A DNA stretch of 64,000 nucleotides from the human T2T-CHM13v2.0 reference genome, Homo sapiens. Position numbers and translations under genes: made by a program. Position 1 is the stretch's first letter. Every line of letters starts with the position of its first letter. Shown here in pieces: positions 30,689 to 46,190 of this stretch. Location of the stretch: positions 38,720,001 to 38,784,000 of the forward strand of contig CP068257.2 in NCBI GenBank assembly GCA_009914755.4. Reading direction: 5' to 3'. Below the pieces are notes generated by a model, which worked only from the letters and a program-made list of their open reading frames with translations, had not been told where the DNA came from and did no database searches.

Positions 30689-31036
30689 TGATGTTCCCCC
30701 TCCTGTGTCCATGTGTTCTCATTGTTCAATTCCCATCTATGAGTGAGAACATGCGGTGTTTGGTTTTTTGTCCTTGCGATAGTTTACTGAGAATGATGAT
30801 TTCCAATTTCATCCATGTCCCTACAAAGGACATGAACTCATCATTTTTTATGGCTGCATAGTATTCCATGGTGTATATGTGCCACGTTTTCTTAATCCAG
30901 TCTATCATTGTTGGACATTTGGGTTGGTTCCAAGTCTTTGCTATTGTGAATAGTGCCGCAATAAACATACGTGTGCATGTGTCTTTATAGCAGCATATGT
31001 ACCCTAAAACTTAAAGTATAATAATAATAAAAAAAA
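30689..31036 (+). mobile_element. L1 3'-end insertion with 5' inversion (twin-priming architecture) and 14-bp TSD AAAGAAACCAGGTA
   Basis: 30691-30960 is the reverse complement of L1 (..tcattgttcaattcccatctatgagtgagaacatgcggtgtttggttttttgtccttgcgatagtttactgagaatgatgatttcc...ccatggtgtatatgtgccac..). 30961-31036 is sense L1 terminus (aataaacatacgtgtgcatgtgtctttatagcagcatatgtaccctaaaacttaaagtataataataat(A)9). The identical aaagaaaccaggta lies at 30675-30688 and 31035-31048. Confidence 0.88.
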
Positions 31037-31988
31037 AGAAACCAGGTAGTTACCATGCTGAATTTGCTTGTCCATGTCATCATTTAACTTGTTCCGTTAT
31101 TGCCATAGGCATTTTTCTTATGAACTGGAATTTATTTCAGTGGGTTGGTTAGATAAGTGTTCAACCTCTCTCTCTTTGAGAGGGGTGCTGTGCACTTCAC
31201 ATTGCTTCCACAAAATGTATGGTTTTCCCGTTCTTAGTGACACTCAATTGTTCAGTGAGGTCAGATGTTAAAATTTATCTGAGCTATTTTGCTAAGGTTG
31301 AAAATGGAATTTTCTAATTGTGTCATTTCGTTCGCATTCAGTAGATATAATTATTCTGCAGAATGAACTTTCCCTTCTGAACTAAGGTTATTTGGTTATC
31401 TTAAAATACAGCAGCTATAGGAAAGACAATACATTTAGTGGTTGTTGTCTTTAATCATCTGTTATCAGAATGAAGAGTTAGTGCCCTGGTTTCTACTATG
31501 CAGACCAATAAGATTCTTCTTTCTTTCTTTATATGAAATATATATGCAGGTGTGCATATGTAAGTATATATGTACATATGTGTATATATCTATATATACA
31601 CACACATGTATGTATAAAATTAAAATGAACTCAAAGGTTTTCAAAATATTTAATGGTTATCAATCATGTGCAAGCATCACTGCTGATACTCAATTCATCC
31701 CCTTTGGCTGACGAGAGCCGCTTTATGTTGATTCCTATGTCATTTTGACAAGACCCCATTCATGTTTCAGACTCACCTCAGACATTTCCTGCCTCAGACC
31801 TTCAATCAGCCACTCCTCCAAGAAGCCATGGTCCCTTTTAGTAGTGAATTATATTTAAAAGAATCTACAATCTAGATGTTAGAGGGGCTTGTTGCTATTG
31901 TTTGCTCATCACTTCTGGGACTTCTCAGTGGAAAGACTGAAAATTCATACTTTTTTTTTGAAGTGTGTACCAATAGTTTTTTGTGTTC

Positions 31989-32283
31989 TTTTTTTTTTTT
32001 TTTTTTGAGATGGAAGTTCACTCTTGTCACCAGGCTGGAGTGCAATGGTGCCATCTTGGCTCACTGCAACCTCTGCCTCCTGAGTTCAAGCAATTCTCCT
32101 GCCTCAGCCTCCTGAGTAGCTGGGATTACAGGCACCCACCACTATACCTGGGTAATTTTTGTATTTTTAGTAGAGATGGGGTTTCATCATGTTAGCCAGG
32201 CTGGTCTTGAACTCCTGACCTCAAGTGGTCTGCCTGCCTCGGTCTCCCAAAGTGCTGAGATTACAGGTGTGAGCCACCACGCA
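31989..32283 (-). mobile_element. Alu SINE (antisense), TSD TACCAATAGTTT
   Basis: (T)18gagatggaagttcactcttgtcaccaggctggagtgcaatggtgccatc...gagattacaggtgtgagccaccacgc. taccaatagttt is seen at 31969-31980 and 32297-32308. Confidence 0.95.
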
Positions 32284-32353
32284 TACCACAAATACCAATA
32301 GTTTCTATTGGAATTTGACATTTCAAGGATTTTATGCATTTTTTAAAATTTAG

Positions 32354-33424
<1,071 letters not shown>

Positions 33425-33489
33425 TGTATATATATATATATATACACACACAGTAGTATATATACATATATATATATACACACACTAGT

Positions 33490-33520
<31 letters not shown>

Positions 33521-33540
33521 CATACATATATATACACACT
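33425..33540. repeat. (TA)n/(TATATACA)n microsatellite grown from the L1 poly-A
   Basis: gtatatatatatatatatacacacacagtagtatatatacatatatatatatacacacac... Confidence 0.85.
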
Positions 33541-36500
33541 AAGGCACATCTGTTCTCTTAGAGCTTAGGATAAAAAGTACATATGTAAAGTATTTAGAAA
33601 TAATTATTTCAGTTGTATAAATGCCTTACATTTTTGTTATATTTCAAGAATTTCTATAAATTTTCAAGAATTATAAAAGAATTTCATACTTTTATTTTTC
33701 TCTTATACTGAAAATAAAAATAAAAATAACATAAACATAATCACTTTTCACTTATCCCACTATATATGCTACTATAAATAAAAATGAGTATCTATAATAT
33801 ATAATATATAAACAAATATATTTAATGTGATGATTAATATTGAGTGTCAACTTAATTGGATTGAAGGATGCAAAGTATTGTTCCTGGGTGTGTCTGTGAG
33901 GGTGTCACCAAAGGAGATTAACATTTGAGTCAGTGAACTGGGAGAGGCAGACCCACCCTCAATCTGGGTGGGCACCATTAATCAACTGCCAGTATGGCTA
34001 GGATAAAAGCAGGCAGAGGAACATGGAAAGACTAGACTGGCTTAGTCCTCCAGCCTACATCTTTCTCCCGTGCTGGATGCTTCCTGCCCTTGAGCATCAG
34101 ACTCCAAGTTCTTCAACTTTTAGACGCTTGGACCTTCGACCACAGACTGAAGGGTGCACTGTTGGCTTCCCTACTTTGAAGGTTTTGGGAATTAGACTGA
34201 CTTTCTTTCTCCTCAGCTTGCAGACGGCCTATTGTGGGACTTTACCTTGTGATCACGTGAGTCATTACTCCTTAATAAACTCTACTTTATATATACATCT
34301 ATCCTATTAATTCTGTCCCCCTAAAGAACCCTAATACATATATAGAGACTAGACTCCAATTTTTACCTTCTAGACACTACTAACCTTTCAGAAGAGTTGC
34401 TCATCTTCTCGGAGTTTCAGCAATCTCCTCTAAAACTGTCCCTACTGAAAAGGCAGTCCTCAATACCAAACTCACTTCTTGTGGCTGTTTTCCTCTGGAA
34501 TTTGGTCCTGTAAGTTTTCACTCTAGCTCCTAACAGCCATGAGCAGATGTTTTTTACACATTTAACAAGTCTTTCTAGTTATCCTCAGAGAAAGAATGAC
34601 TTGTCCAAATAACTAGCCCTAGCACAGAAATCAAGACCATTTTAAAAAATATTAGGTCAGTTTGTCTATTTTACTGACTTTTTTTTTAAAGAAAAAACTT
34701 GTTTATTACATTTACTGTTCTTTTGGTCTATTTTCTATTTCATTAGTCTGTTTATATTCTCCCTTAGAAGTAACTTGAACTTATTTTCTGGCTGTCTAAA
34801 TGATATTTTTCTTTATCTTTACAGCTCAAAAATTTTATTAGACTATGTTGCATGTTGACCATTCTGGGTCCATTTTTCCAGGTAGGGTTGTGCCATTTTA
34901 ATATGTAGTCATTATGCATTCTTTTTAATGACAGGAGACTTTTTTTGAATTAGTGTTTTATTATTAATACTTATTCTCATCAATTGCTTGGCTTTCTTTT
35001 TAAGAGAATTTAGTTATACATGTGTTTCATCATCTTTGTCAGACATCTATACATTTTTAACTCTATTTGTCTTATTCCTTAATATTTTTGATTTCCCATA
35101 TTATGCTTTCTGTTGTGTTTATCCTCTGATGTGTTCCCTGTCATTTCATTTTAATTTTAGAACTCTTCATTTTTCTAACTTTTTCCAAAATATGCCACTT
35201 TTTGTTTCACAGATTTGTGTTGTTTCATCATTTTATTTCTGATTTATACTGCTCTTTCAAAGCTTTAATCATTTCAAACAAAAAAATATAGTTTTCATAT
35301 GATTTGTCAGTATTTTTTGTAGTTACTTATAATCAAAACTTTTTTAAAAATTTTCATTCTTTTTCTTGTGATAAAGTTGTGTTGGGTTAAATCTTTTTCC
35401 TTTTTGTTTCATTTTACAATAAGATAGAGATTCTTAGTTAATTAGGAGAAGGTTCCTGCAGGAGAGGATGAAATGAGTATATTTTTCCAGTCTTCTCCCT
35501 TGATATTACCTTCAAGGACTCGACATTTAGCCCATCTCTCAGAGCTATATGGGATTGAACTGTATGGGCTTCCACTTCTGGCCATGTGTTTCCTAGAACA
35601 CTGTTTTTTACATTCTAAGGCTGTGCGTGTTGTATTTTCTTTTGCAGTATTTCATAGGATGGAATTCTCTAGGGCCTCCCCTGGTTCCCGAGCCTTCTCT
35701 GTTACTCTTTGTATTCTACTCTGGCTCAATTTGATTTCTAAATTGAGCCGTTCCCCTGAGAGTGAGTCTCTGTTCTTCTGAAAGGAGTACTTGCTGAGTA
35801 CTTCCACTATCTTCAAGGACATAGACCATCACTGGCCTGTGCAAACATTACCAGCCACTCTAATGGCCTTGTGACTCATCTCCAACCTAGACCTCATGCA
35901 GTTCTATCCCAGTGTTGTGAGGACTCTAAGACACAAAGAATTCTCCTCTGCTTTTGGAGATGGGGACCCGTTGGTTATTTGCAGTTTTCTGACACTACCA
36001 TAAACCCAACAGGCTGACCCCTTCTACTGCCTTCCACCTCTGCTGCTGGTCCTGTTGTTGCCAGTAATCCAGTTGTGTTGAAGGTGCCATCCATGTACTT
36101 TTTTCTTTGTCATCCTATTTTATCTGTGTTGGTTTCAGGAGGAGTTTGGGGTCAAACACCAACATGTTTCCACCATGACCCAAACTCCAGATGTACATTT
36201 TTCAGTATATTTAAATCTAATTTAAAATGAAATTAATTTCTCTTTTCCTTCAAAGCTTGACATGTTAGAAATGCATTCTGTATTCAGTGTCTACAGTCTC
36301 ATCTTTTAGCATTAACAAATTTCTTCCTCAACTGCTTTATTAAAATTTCAATGACAAAAAATATTGAGTTATTTTCCACATATGGTAGACTCTCATATGA
36401 GCCTTTTTGTGGCATGTGACTCTGTGGACCCCTCCCTTCTCCTGGCATCTATCACCTCCCTGTCTTCATCTATACTGTTAGTCCTGAATGCTCAGTCTTA

Positions 36501-37787
36501 TTCCTTGGCTACTTTTCGGCAGGTGGCTTAGTGTATGATATTCCCTGGCTGGATTATACATTGTTGCTCTCACTTTTCCAATGCTCACTAGGCAATCCTA
36601 GGACTCCCATGGTGACAAAATGCTTGTGACTACTTCTGTCCATTTTTGAAACATTAGTGAATCACTCCAAAACAAAAAATGAACAAACATCGTGGGATTA
36701 AGGAAAGTAAACTTGCCTTTCCAACCCTGAGAGATACATTTAAAAATCAACACTTGATGATTCAGCATGAAGATAAAAAAGGTCACCTGAAACAGAAAGA
36801 CGGGCTCTTAGATCATCACCACTTATGTCATCATTTGGAGGGAGAAATGCTTATTTACTAATTTTGCGAATCCCAAATTAATTTTATATCAGGATCCCCC
36901 TCCTACCTCGAATCCTTCCCCTTTCTTTTCTGAACATGCCATTAGAAAATTTCTCTTTAACACAAAGAGGACGTTTTCTAGGATTTTCTGAATAAGCAGA
37001 ATATTGTGCTCTCCTTAAAGCTATCATGGACTAAGATGATAGTTATTATTCATTTTCTAATTCATTTTTCCCCCAAAAGACATGATAACTATAAAAGCAA
37101 GGGAGAAAATAGCAATTGACTTGTAAAAGAACAGATAAAGAAACAAAAATACTTGCAAGTTCAAAGGAAAACTAATTTAATTCTGACTTGTATTTGTGCT
37201 GGACCTTGAAAGACTATTGGCTATTTTGAAGATGTAAGTGATGAAGAGAAAAATCCCAACAGTACATTATCAAGGACAAAAAGTGGGTGCTCAGGCAGTG
37301 ATGTTTTAAATTATTCCAATGTTCAACAAGTTCCCTTCACTTCTTCCCATAAAGCATTATTACAAATAAGGTACTTCTCAAATATTGATAGCAAGCAACC
37401 TTTGGTCACTTCCATCTCACTATTACAACCTTATAGGATATTTACCACAGGGGGGCAATTTTATATTCTTCAGCTACAAAGGCAAAGGTTGGGTATTTTG
37501 TATTTGGTTTTATAATCAAATCAAATGCAATTTGACTGCATTTGAGATGGATATTTGGGATGGAGATGGATCTTTCACTCCTAATGTGCTCCCTGAAATG
37601 CTAACGCATCATTATGTGAATGTGTCAATTACTGGTTTGACAAATGTGAAATCTGTATTTCTATGAAATTGTACTCATATTCATTTAAAAGAGTTTTAAA
37701 ATTCCTAAAATATTTTGGAAAAGGAATTGAAGGCTCCATTTTAGTGGCAACACTCCACAATTTTGATTGAGTCGTCTCAGGACACTA

Positions 37788-38158
<371 letters not shown>

Positions 38159-39350
38159 AATTAAGGGTCCAAGCTGTTTTAATTTTTTGACTAGCCTACA
38201 TTAAGGGTTTTTAGTCCTTATGCTATACAATAAATATATACTTAGCAAATCTAACCTCATAAACTTTTTTTTAGATCATGCATTTATCTTACAGCAACGA
38301 AGTTGTCATATAATTGGTATATACCGAACACAGAAGATTTTCTTGGATCATTACATTTCCCTTAGAATGTGACAAATTAAGGGAATATTAACTTTTTGTT
38401 GCACATCTCTAGCTTATGAAAGTATAAACTTTTGCCTCAGTTTAAAATGTTTCAATAAAAGCACAAAAATATTAGACTACAAAGCAATAAAATATTCTAC
38501 AAACTTCCCCTAAAAAGGCTGTCTTATTTCCTCACATTAATAACCAATATTTATCACTATATTCTATGACACATATCAATTCTTCCCAGATTCAGTGTTT
38601 TAGAATACTCTGTTATTTCTTAATCACTAATTTTTAAAGGGACTGTTCAAATCACTAACAATAACAATTTTCACCTCAAGAAAAAAAATTCATGATCAGT
38701 CATTCCCCATTATGTCAGCACAAAACAATGTCCTATCTGTAACCTCTAATTTTTACCGGTAAAGCTTCAGTTGAACAGAAAGGGCCAACATTGAGATCAA
38801 ATATCAGTGTTAGTTTAAGAGGGCAAAAATGTTTTTTTCCCTTTGAAAATGTAACTTTTAAAGATATTTTTCGCTGTTCAATTTTAATTGGCTGATAAAA
38901 CAAGTTGGAGCATAAAGGTAAAATGTAAATGATCATCGTAAGTGGATTCTATAATTTCCCTAAGATAATAAAATTTCTGGTCTTTTACTTTAAAAAAAAA
39001 AAAAAAGTAGAGCTGAGAGTGCCTCATTGCACCTTCCCGGTGGGTAACTCAGTACACCTCCTGCCACCGTTAGACTCTTCTATGGGCTATTTCTGCATGT
39101 GATGTGATTCCACTAGAAAGAATGTGATTTTTATCTTTGAAAAAAGACTAAAATGCCAAATAATCAACTTTTATTGCTTATTTTTCTCAGGTTCAGTTGA
39201 AACATCCTTTAGTTTATTTCAGTCAGAATTTCCAGGAGTCTTAGCTTCATTGCTTTTGAGCTTTACATATTTAAATTGTAAAGATAATTTCTTGGTCATT
39301 TTCTGCAGTAACTACACATCATGCATAGGTCAGTTTCTCAGATAAATTAA

Positions 39351-39694
<344 letters not shown>

Positions 39695-40509
39695 TGAATT
39701 ATCATGAGTTAGGAGTAATTCCAAAGAACACAGATGTGAAAAAGATCATAAAATAACAGAGCAAATACTGACCTTGTATAAGCTTTTCAAAGGAGCGCAA
39801 ATTAATTATTAAAGGTAGTATAAAATATCTTTAAAGTAATATCTATATTAACTTTCCAAACAATTCCAGTTAGACATTTAGTTTAAAATATGCCATAAAT
39901 AATGCTAGCTATTAGAGAAGCTGAAAAATCTCCTAATGCTGTATATTCCAGATAATTTTGCTTTATTATTCCCCAAAATGAAAGCAACTAAAAATACCTT
40001 TTACCACTTGTCATGTGTCATCACACACCAGCCTTTCTTATGATACACATTGTGTATAATGGAAACATTATTTCTCTTTCAATATATTTTGCATACTTAC
40101 ATAATGCTTTAATAATCAGTTCCTTTAAAGTACAGTTTGATAGACAGAAAGGAAAGTCAAAAAAAAAAAAAGATGATGTATGTAATTCCTGTCACCTTCT
40201 TAGCGTGGAGTATTTTCATTAGAATTGATAGGCCATGAGTGGTGGCAAAATACAAGTGGGAAGGATTTTGTGTGCCATTTTCCAGAAAGGTTGAGAAATG
40301 CACACAGATAGCAGCAGCCTGCATTATTACTGATTCCAGAGAGGGCTCTATTCTCTAGGAACATTTTGTTCTTGTAATATCTAACATTTTTTTCGTTTAC
40401 CCACTTACGTTAAATAAGGCTTTAGGGCGTATCATTTCAGAAGAACTTGAACCTTTGATTGTCTTAAGCATTTTTTGAGATGTTTACAGGAATGAAGGAG
40501 TTGACATTA

Positions 40510-40665
40510 ACTGAGTTTCTGTGCGTAAACCCATTTAAGCCTAGCGTTTCATTATTGGAACGCTAAGCATGTGGCAATTATTTATTTCCTGCTGCTCAAG
40601 GTCATTGCCAAGGTCTGATTGCAAAAATTTAAAAAATTGCAACCTCAGGCATAAATGGGTTAATT
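40510..40665 (-). mobile_element. Same MER-type repeat family, copy B in opposite orientation
   Basis: Reverse-complement match to 20758-20925 at roughly 85-90% identity over ~150 bp. Confidence 0.5.
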
Positions 40666-43329
40666 TGACCTCCTTTGTCTAGTCCTTCATTTCTCAATTT
40701 ATCTCATCTTGAAATTGATCAACATTTTAAAACATAAAATAAGGTTGAAAAGTAGGATCTTTTAATTATGAGAGGAACAGGTAAGTCCAGGGTCCTTGGG
40801 TACAGTCTCAACTCAGGAGTCCTGTGGAACTATCAAGGGACAACAAGGACACAGCTAAGTCATTAGAGCACCAAATATGTCAGCCCTGTGGTAACAAGGA
40901 ATCATTTTAACTGCTCCCTAACTTGCCACTGTACCCCACTTGCTACCTTATGCCACCAAAGGTTTCCATGTCATATGGATTAAATGGTTTGTTCATGTCC
41001 TTCAATGGGATTAATGGATGTGCTTCTGTTAAAATAGGCAAATGTTTAAATACAATTTATTGGCAGCAAAAAGTGCAAACACACAATTCTGTCTCATTCT
41101 GTCTCCCTTTGTGTGTCTTTCTGTTTTATTTTCCTTGGAATACTATTAGCATTTTAACCGGACACAGTTCTAAAACATAGTTCATACTTTTTGTCATGTT
41201 AGACACACTGCAATTTAGAGCCTACTGAACAGGGAATGATTTTTGGATTTTGAGTCATCATTTTGGACATCGATTATTGAGCCATGCTGCTCAGTTACCA
41301 GAGGGATGTCTCAGAAGCTATGTGGCATCTCAAGATGCATGGAATGGTCCCAGACTGCCAGATGTTCAAGTCTCTGAGCTTGTCTTTATTAGCTTTTCTG
41401 CTTCCTCCTTTACTATCCAGCTGTTATATGTTACTTCCCTTTGTTATCAGTATCTTTGTCAACACACAGTGTGATGCATTCAGTATGCTGAGAGTTAGAA
41501 AACAGACATATCAAGGCTTTTAGGACTTTGTATAAACTAAGAGTAAATAGGTTATGAGCAAGTAACATAGTGGTTTTCCAACATCAGTTAACATGAGCTT
41601 ACATGTTAGTGCCACTAAAATAAATCCAGCGCTTGGTGTCAGTTCAGTCAGCCTGGTTAAGATTAGCATAGGGGCCAGTGGGATATTTCTATGTAGGGAC
41701 ACAAAACTACCAAAGAAAATGGGGCATTAGCCCAGTAGGAAAATGTTGCAGAAACCCTCAGATTTGGAGTTCTACAGCCACGTTCTTCCCATTGTCACGG
41801 AGCTGAGCCGCAAAAAACACTCATAGAGCAGTGGGTTCTGAAACTCAGGCACAACACCATTTTGGGTTTTCTTCAAAGGCAGATATTAAAATAGCAGCAG
41901 TTCTAGAAATCTATTTTGCTGAACTATGGGTTGTTAATGCTGAAAGTCAGATCTTTAAGATCTGAGCCGCAGAAAGCAGGCATGCATGATCTCCAGAAAG
42001 AGGCACATCAGAGTTGATTCTAGAAACCAGCAGGTGTTATAGGTGGTCAGGAAACAGAGCCAAGTGATGCACCCATTCGTTGGACCAGCACTGTCCTAGG
42101 CTCCAGAAATGCAAAAAGGAGAGAGACAGCCCCTATCTCTAGGGAGCTTATAATCTAAACAGATTTGAGCCTTTGGGTTTAGGAACATCCCAAGAAGTTG
42201 AGGAAAAAGGATAGAAGGGAAGAACCTGGAGAGCAATCAAGGAAGTGGCATTGTCCTTGTCTCCCTGGGATGAAGGGGCTACTGATACCCAGGGAGGAAA
42301 ACTGGTATTTATCCCCATACCTGCTTTTATCCTTGTGTGTTATTCTAATACAAATACTTAATTTTATATGTTAAAGTCCTCATCATTAATGTGCTTGTTC
42401 AATCTTCTCAGCTAACTTTTTCTTGTTCTTATGAAGAATCAAATTAAAAGATTTTCCCTGGTTTGAGGTGCAATAAGCTCATCCACTTTGAGAGATTTCT
42501 CAGTGTGGAAGAAAAAACCTGGGCTTTGGAAGCCAGTGGATCTGAACTACAAAACGGTCCTTGTCCCTTTCCAGCTGTGTGGCCTCAGTCTAGTCATTTA
42601 ACTCTAAACTTTGCTTTCTTCATCTAGAAAAAAGAGAGATGATGAGTAATCTCTTTGTTCTGCTGTTGAAGATCAAATTAAAATGCATTTATGTCATCTA
42701 GCAGATAGTCATGCATCTACTGCACAGCAGAGTGACTAAGCTGAATAATAATGTATTCTATATTTCAAAATAGCTCAGAGAGTAAATTTCAAATCACAAA
42801 AAAAGGGATAAGTGAGGTGGTAGATATGTTCATCATCTTGATGTAATCATTTCACATCGTGTATACACATAGGTGTGTATATATAGACACATACAAAATC
42901 AACACATTGTACCCAATAAATGTATATAACTTTTCAATTGAAAAAAATATTAATAAATAAAAAATTAAATTGGTATCTATCCTAGTAAATGCCATGTTTG
43001 TTATTCTGCTGTTCTGGACAATCCACAGGTGTATAAAATGTAGCCTTTGTGAGCCAGACAGGGAAGATCCCACTGACATAAACATAGCAGGGCCCCCTTT
43101 CAATTGCTTGTTTGCTTACTTATGAAAGGCAACCGCATATATTAAAGAAAGCATCTGAGTGGTAATGATGTAGATGAATTTTACATCATAATTCTGCCAT
43201 TTGGAGCTATTTCACCACAGGCAAAATATTTACTAAACCTCTGAGCCAATGTCACATGACAGAGCATTGGTAAACATAGAAAGATATACTGAGTCCATGG
43301 AGTATTTTTGTATACCCCAGTGAAAGGCT

Positions 43330-43700
43330 TGGGGAAAGGAGGATCACAGACATCTGCTATGAACTGAATGTTTGCATCTGCACAAAATTTATATGATGAA
43401 TTCTTAATCCCCAATATGACAGTATTTGGAAATAAAGCTTTTGGGAAGTAATTAGGTATAGGTGTGATTATAAGGGTGGGACCAGACCTCACTTTCTCTT
43501 TCCGCCCTGTGGGATCGCAGTGAGAAGGCGGCTGTCTGCAATCCAGGAAGGGAGCCCCCATCAGGCACCAAATCTGCCAATACCTTGATCTTGGACTTCC
43601 CAGCCTCCAGAACAGTGAGAGATAAATTTTTGTGGTTTAAGCCTCCCAGTCCATGCTATTTTGTGATAGTAGCCCAAGCTGACCAAGATATTATCTTCAG
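43330..43700 (+). mobile_element. MaLR-type solitary LTR (MLT1/MST-like)
   Basis: Contains the family hallmarks ...ttaatccccaatatgacagtatttggaaataaagcttttgggaagtaattaggt...gattataagggtgggacc...gcagtgagaaggcggctgtctgcaatccaggaagggagcccccatcaggcaccaaatctgccaataccttgatcttggacttcccagcctccagaacagtgagagataaatttttgtggtttaagcctcccagtccatgctattttgtgatagtagcccaagctgaccaagata. Family name is from memory. Confidence 0.7.
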
Positions 43701-45126
43701 AAGTCTTTTCCACAGTAGAAATGGATATTCACAGAAACTCAGGGACTTTCCCCAAAATCATTATCATGTTACTTGAACAATTCTCCCTGGCATATCTGTT
43801 AGTATCTGAGTATAAAAAAAATATCCTGAAGTTCTCAAAATTAATCATTTCTTGTCCATCATATTTTATCTAACAGGAAGGCCCTCTGCTTCTACCTCCA
43901 AAATATATCCTGAATCCATCCACTTTCCTCCCTCAACACTGTACCACACACATCTAAGGATTGTAGCTTTCAAACTCTCTGTGTCCACTTCTGCTTCCCT
44001 ACAATTTAATCTCTATTCAACATGCATGAGCATTTAGCAATATACATCATTTAGTGCCTTGATGGAATCCCACTAGACCTAACCACTTATGATGGTCTAT
44101 GATAGTTTGGGCTTTGGCCATATCTCCAAAAGCTTCCACTCCACTCTCTCCTTCTTCCACCATACCCAGGCCATGCTGTACTTCTTTTAATTGCTCTGAC
44201 TGGAGGCTCTGAGCCCAGATCTCTCCCTGGATGGGTCCTTCTTGTCATCCTGGCCTCAGTTTTTAAGTCAAATTTCCAGCAAAGTCACATGATCATGGTC
44301 ATTCATGATGAGAGACTTGGTTTTATTATACCTGTATGTGACGTTATCTTGTACATGTGCATGAGATTGGTTTAACATTTCCCTCCTTCATCTAGAATAG
44401 CAAGAACTCATTTTGTCTTGTTCAACATTTCATCTCCATTACATAGAACAGTACTTGGCTATGACATCCTAAAATATTTGTTGAATGCATGCATGGGTGG
44501 ATGAAACAGTCTATTATTGCTTGTATTCAAAACATCCTTTCCTAGGTCTCAGTAAAAAGAAAGCTAAAGTACCTTTTTTTAGATTTCGGCACATTTCCTC
44601 ATGTAGACTGCATAAAAAGAGTTTGTTCTCCTCCAGAGATGAATATATTCTTATATGAAAATGAGCATATTTTAAGATTGTGATGAATTATTCTTTCATT
44701 ATGCTCCCTGGCTTTTTACTGTGTGGTTAAGCTGTTAGATCTTCAGTAAAGGCAATACTATTTGGGGGAAGATTTTAAAAGCATATGTCATTTTTCACTT
44801 AGAGAAATATATCTTAGAGCTCTTGTTGTTGTGTTTTTCCTATTGCAGTCTATATGAATTGAGTTAATAGCAATTGAAAGAAGAGATGGCTCTGCTAATA
44901 AGATGTTAAATGGTAGCACAAGCACGATGAAGCTTTTCTCAGCTGCGCCTGCCGTCGCCAATTGATGGCCACACTGTGTCATGAAACTCAGCTTTCTTCA
45001 AAGCCGTTTCAATAACAGTTTCTGAAATATTAGAGGAACATAAGAATTAAATCTAAGTTCTAAGTATATAGCATTAGAAACCACATGATCCTCTTAGCAT
45101 TAACTAAAATAGAAGTGGAAATAGAA

Positions 45127-45580
45127 GATATATATATATCTATATCATATATATCTTATATAGATATCTATATATCTTATATAGATATCTATATATCTTA
45201 TATAGATATCTATATATCTTATATAGATATCTATATATCTTATATCGATATCTATATATCTTATATAGATATCGATATATCTTATATCGATATCTATATA
45301 TCTTATATCGATATCTATATATCTTATATCGATATCTATATATCTTATATAGATATCGATATCTATATATCTTATATAGATATCGATATCTATATATCTT
45401 ATATAGATATCGATATCTATATATCTTATATAGATATCGATATCTATATATCTTAGATATCGATATCTATATATCTTATATAGATATCGATATCTATATA
45501 TCTTATATAGATATCTATATATCATATATATCATATATATCTTATATAGATATCTATATATCATATATATGATATATATA
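45127..45580. repeat. AT-rich palindromic minisatellite, unit ~21-22 bp (TATATATCTTATATAGATATC) with GATATCGATATC variant units, ~20 copies
   Basis: Visible tandem periodicity. Each unit contains GATATC / ATCGAT palindromes. Creates the repetitive 123- and 139-aa ORFs (ISYIDIYIS...), which are spurious. Confidence 0.9.
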
Positions 45581-45719
45581 AAGGATTACATGCAGGCATG
45601 AACGAGCTACAGATATTTCCTGAGCAATTGAGTTGCCAGATAAAAATATGCACATGTTGAAAGCTGCATATAAGAGAAAAGAAGAGCCCCCTAAAGAGAA
45701 GACATCTAACCTGACGTTA

Positions 45720-45960
45720 TGAGCTGAATTTCCCCCTTCCTCAAAAATTTATGTTAATGTCCTAACCTGCAGTACCTCGGGATGTGACTTTATTTGGAAA
45801 TAGGGTCAGTCACTGCAGATGTAATATCTTAAGATGAACTCATACTTGGATAGTGTGTGCCCCTAATCCAATGTGACCGGTGTGTCCTTATAAAAAGGGA
45901 AAATTTAGATAGAGACATGGATATTAACATGAATCCTAATCAGAGCCAACAGGTTCTAGG
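45720..45960 (+). mobile_element. MaLR-type LTR fragment (5' portion)
   Basis: ...gtgtgcccctaatccaatgtgaccggtgtccttataaaaagggaaaatttagatagagacatggatattaacatg resembles the 5' half of MLT1/MST LTR consensus. Confidence 0.45.
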
Positions 45961-46029
45961 TGGAGGCTACCACTGCTTTCGGCATTATTTATGTTATGAC
46001 ACATTTAGTTCTTACAATGACCCCAAGAG

Positions 46030-46190
46030 GAAGATACTGTTATTCCCATTTTTCAGATGAGAAAATTGAGAAACAGAGAAGTTCAGGGACTTGCCCCAGT
46101 TTATACAACTAGAAGTATCTGTGCCAGGATGGTGCCCTGGCTTGCTGGCTCATGCCCTCACGCAAATCGCTCCCCTGGGTTTGGGCCATG
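46030..46190 (+). mobile_element. MIR (mammalian-wide interspersed repeat) core
   Basis: ttattcccatttttcagatgagaaaattgagaaacagagaagttcagggacttgccccagtttatacaactagaagtatctgtgccaggatggtgccctggcttgctggc matches the MIR consensus (..gatgaggaaactgaggctcagagaggttaagtaacttgcccaaggtcacacagctagtaagtggcagagctgggatttgaacccag..). Confidence 0.7.

Noticed and set aside
43181-43561. 126-aa minus-strand ORF (MGAPFLDCRQPPSHCDPTGRKEK...PNTVILGIKNSSYKFCADANIQFI...)
   Set aside because: Lies entirely within a MaLR (MLT1/MST-type) LTR. The peptide PNTV(I/T)LG(I/V)...YEF..D.NIQ is the familiar spurious translation of that LTR family.
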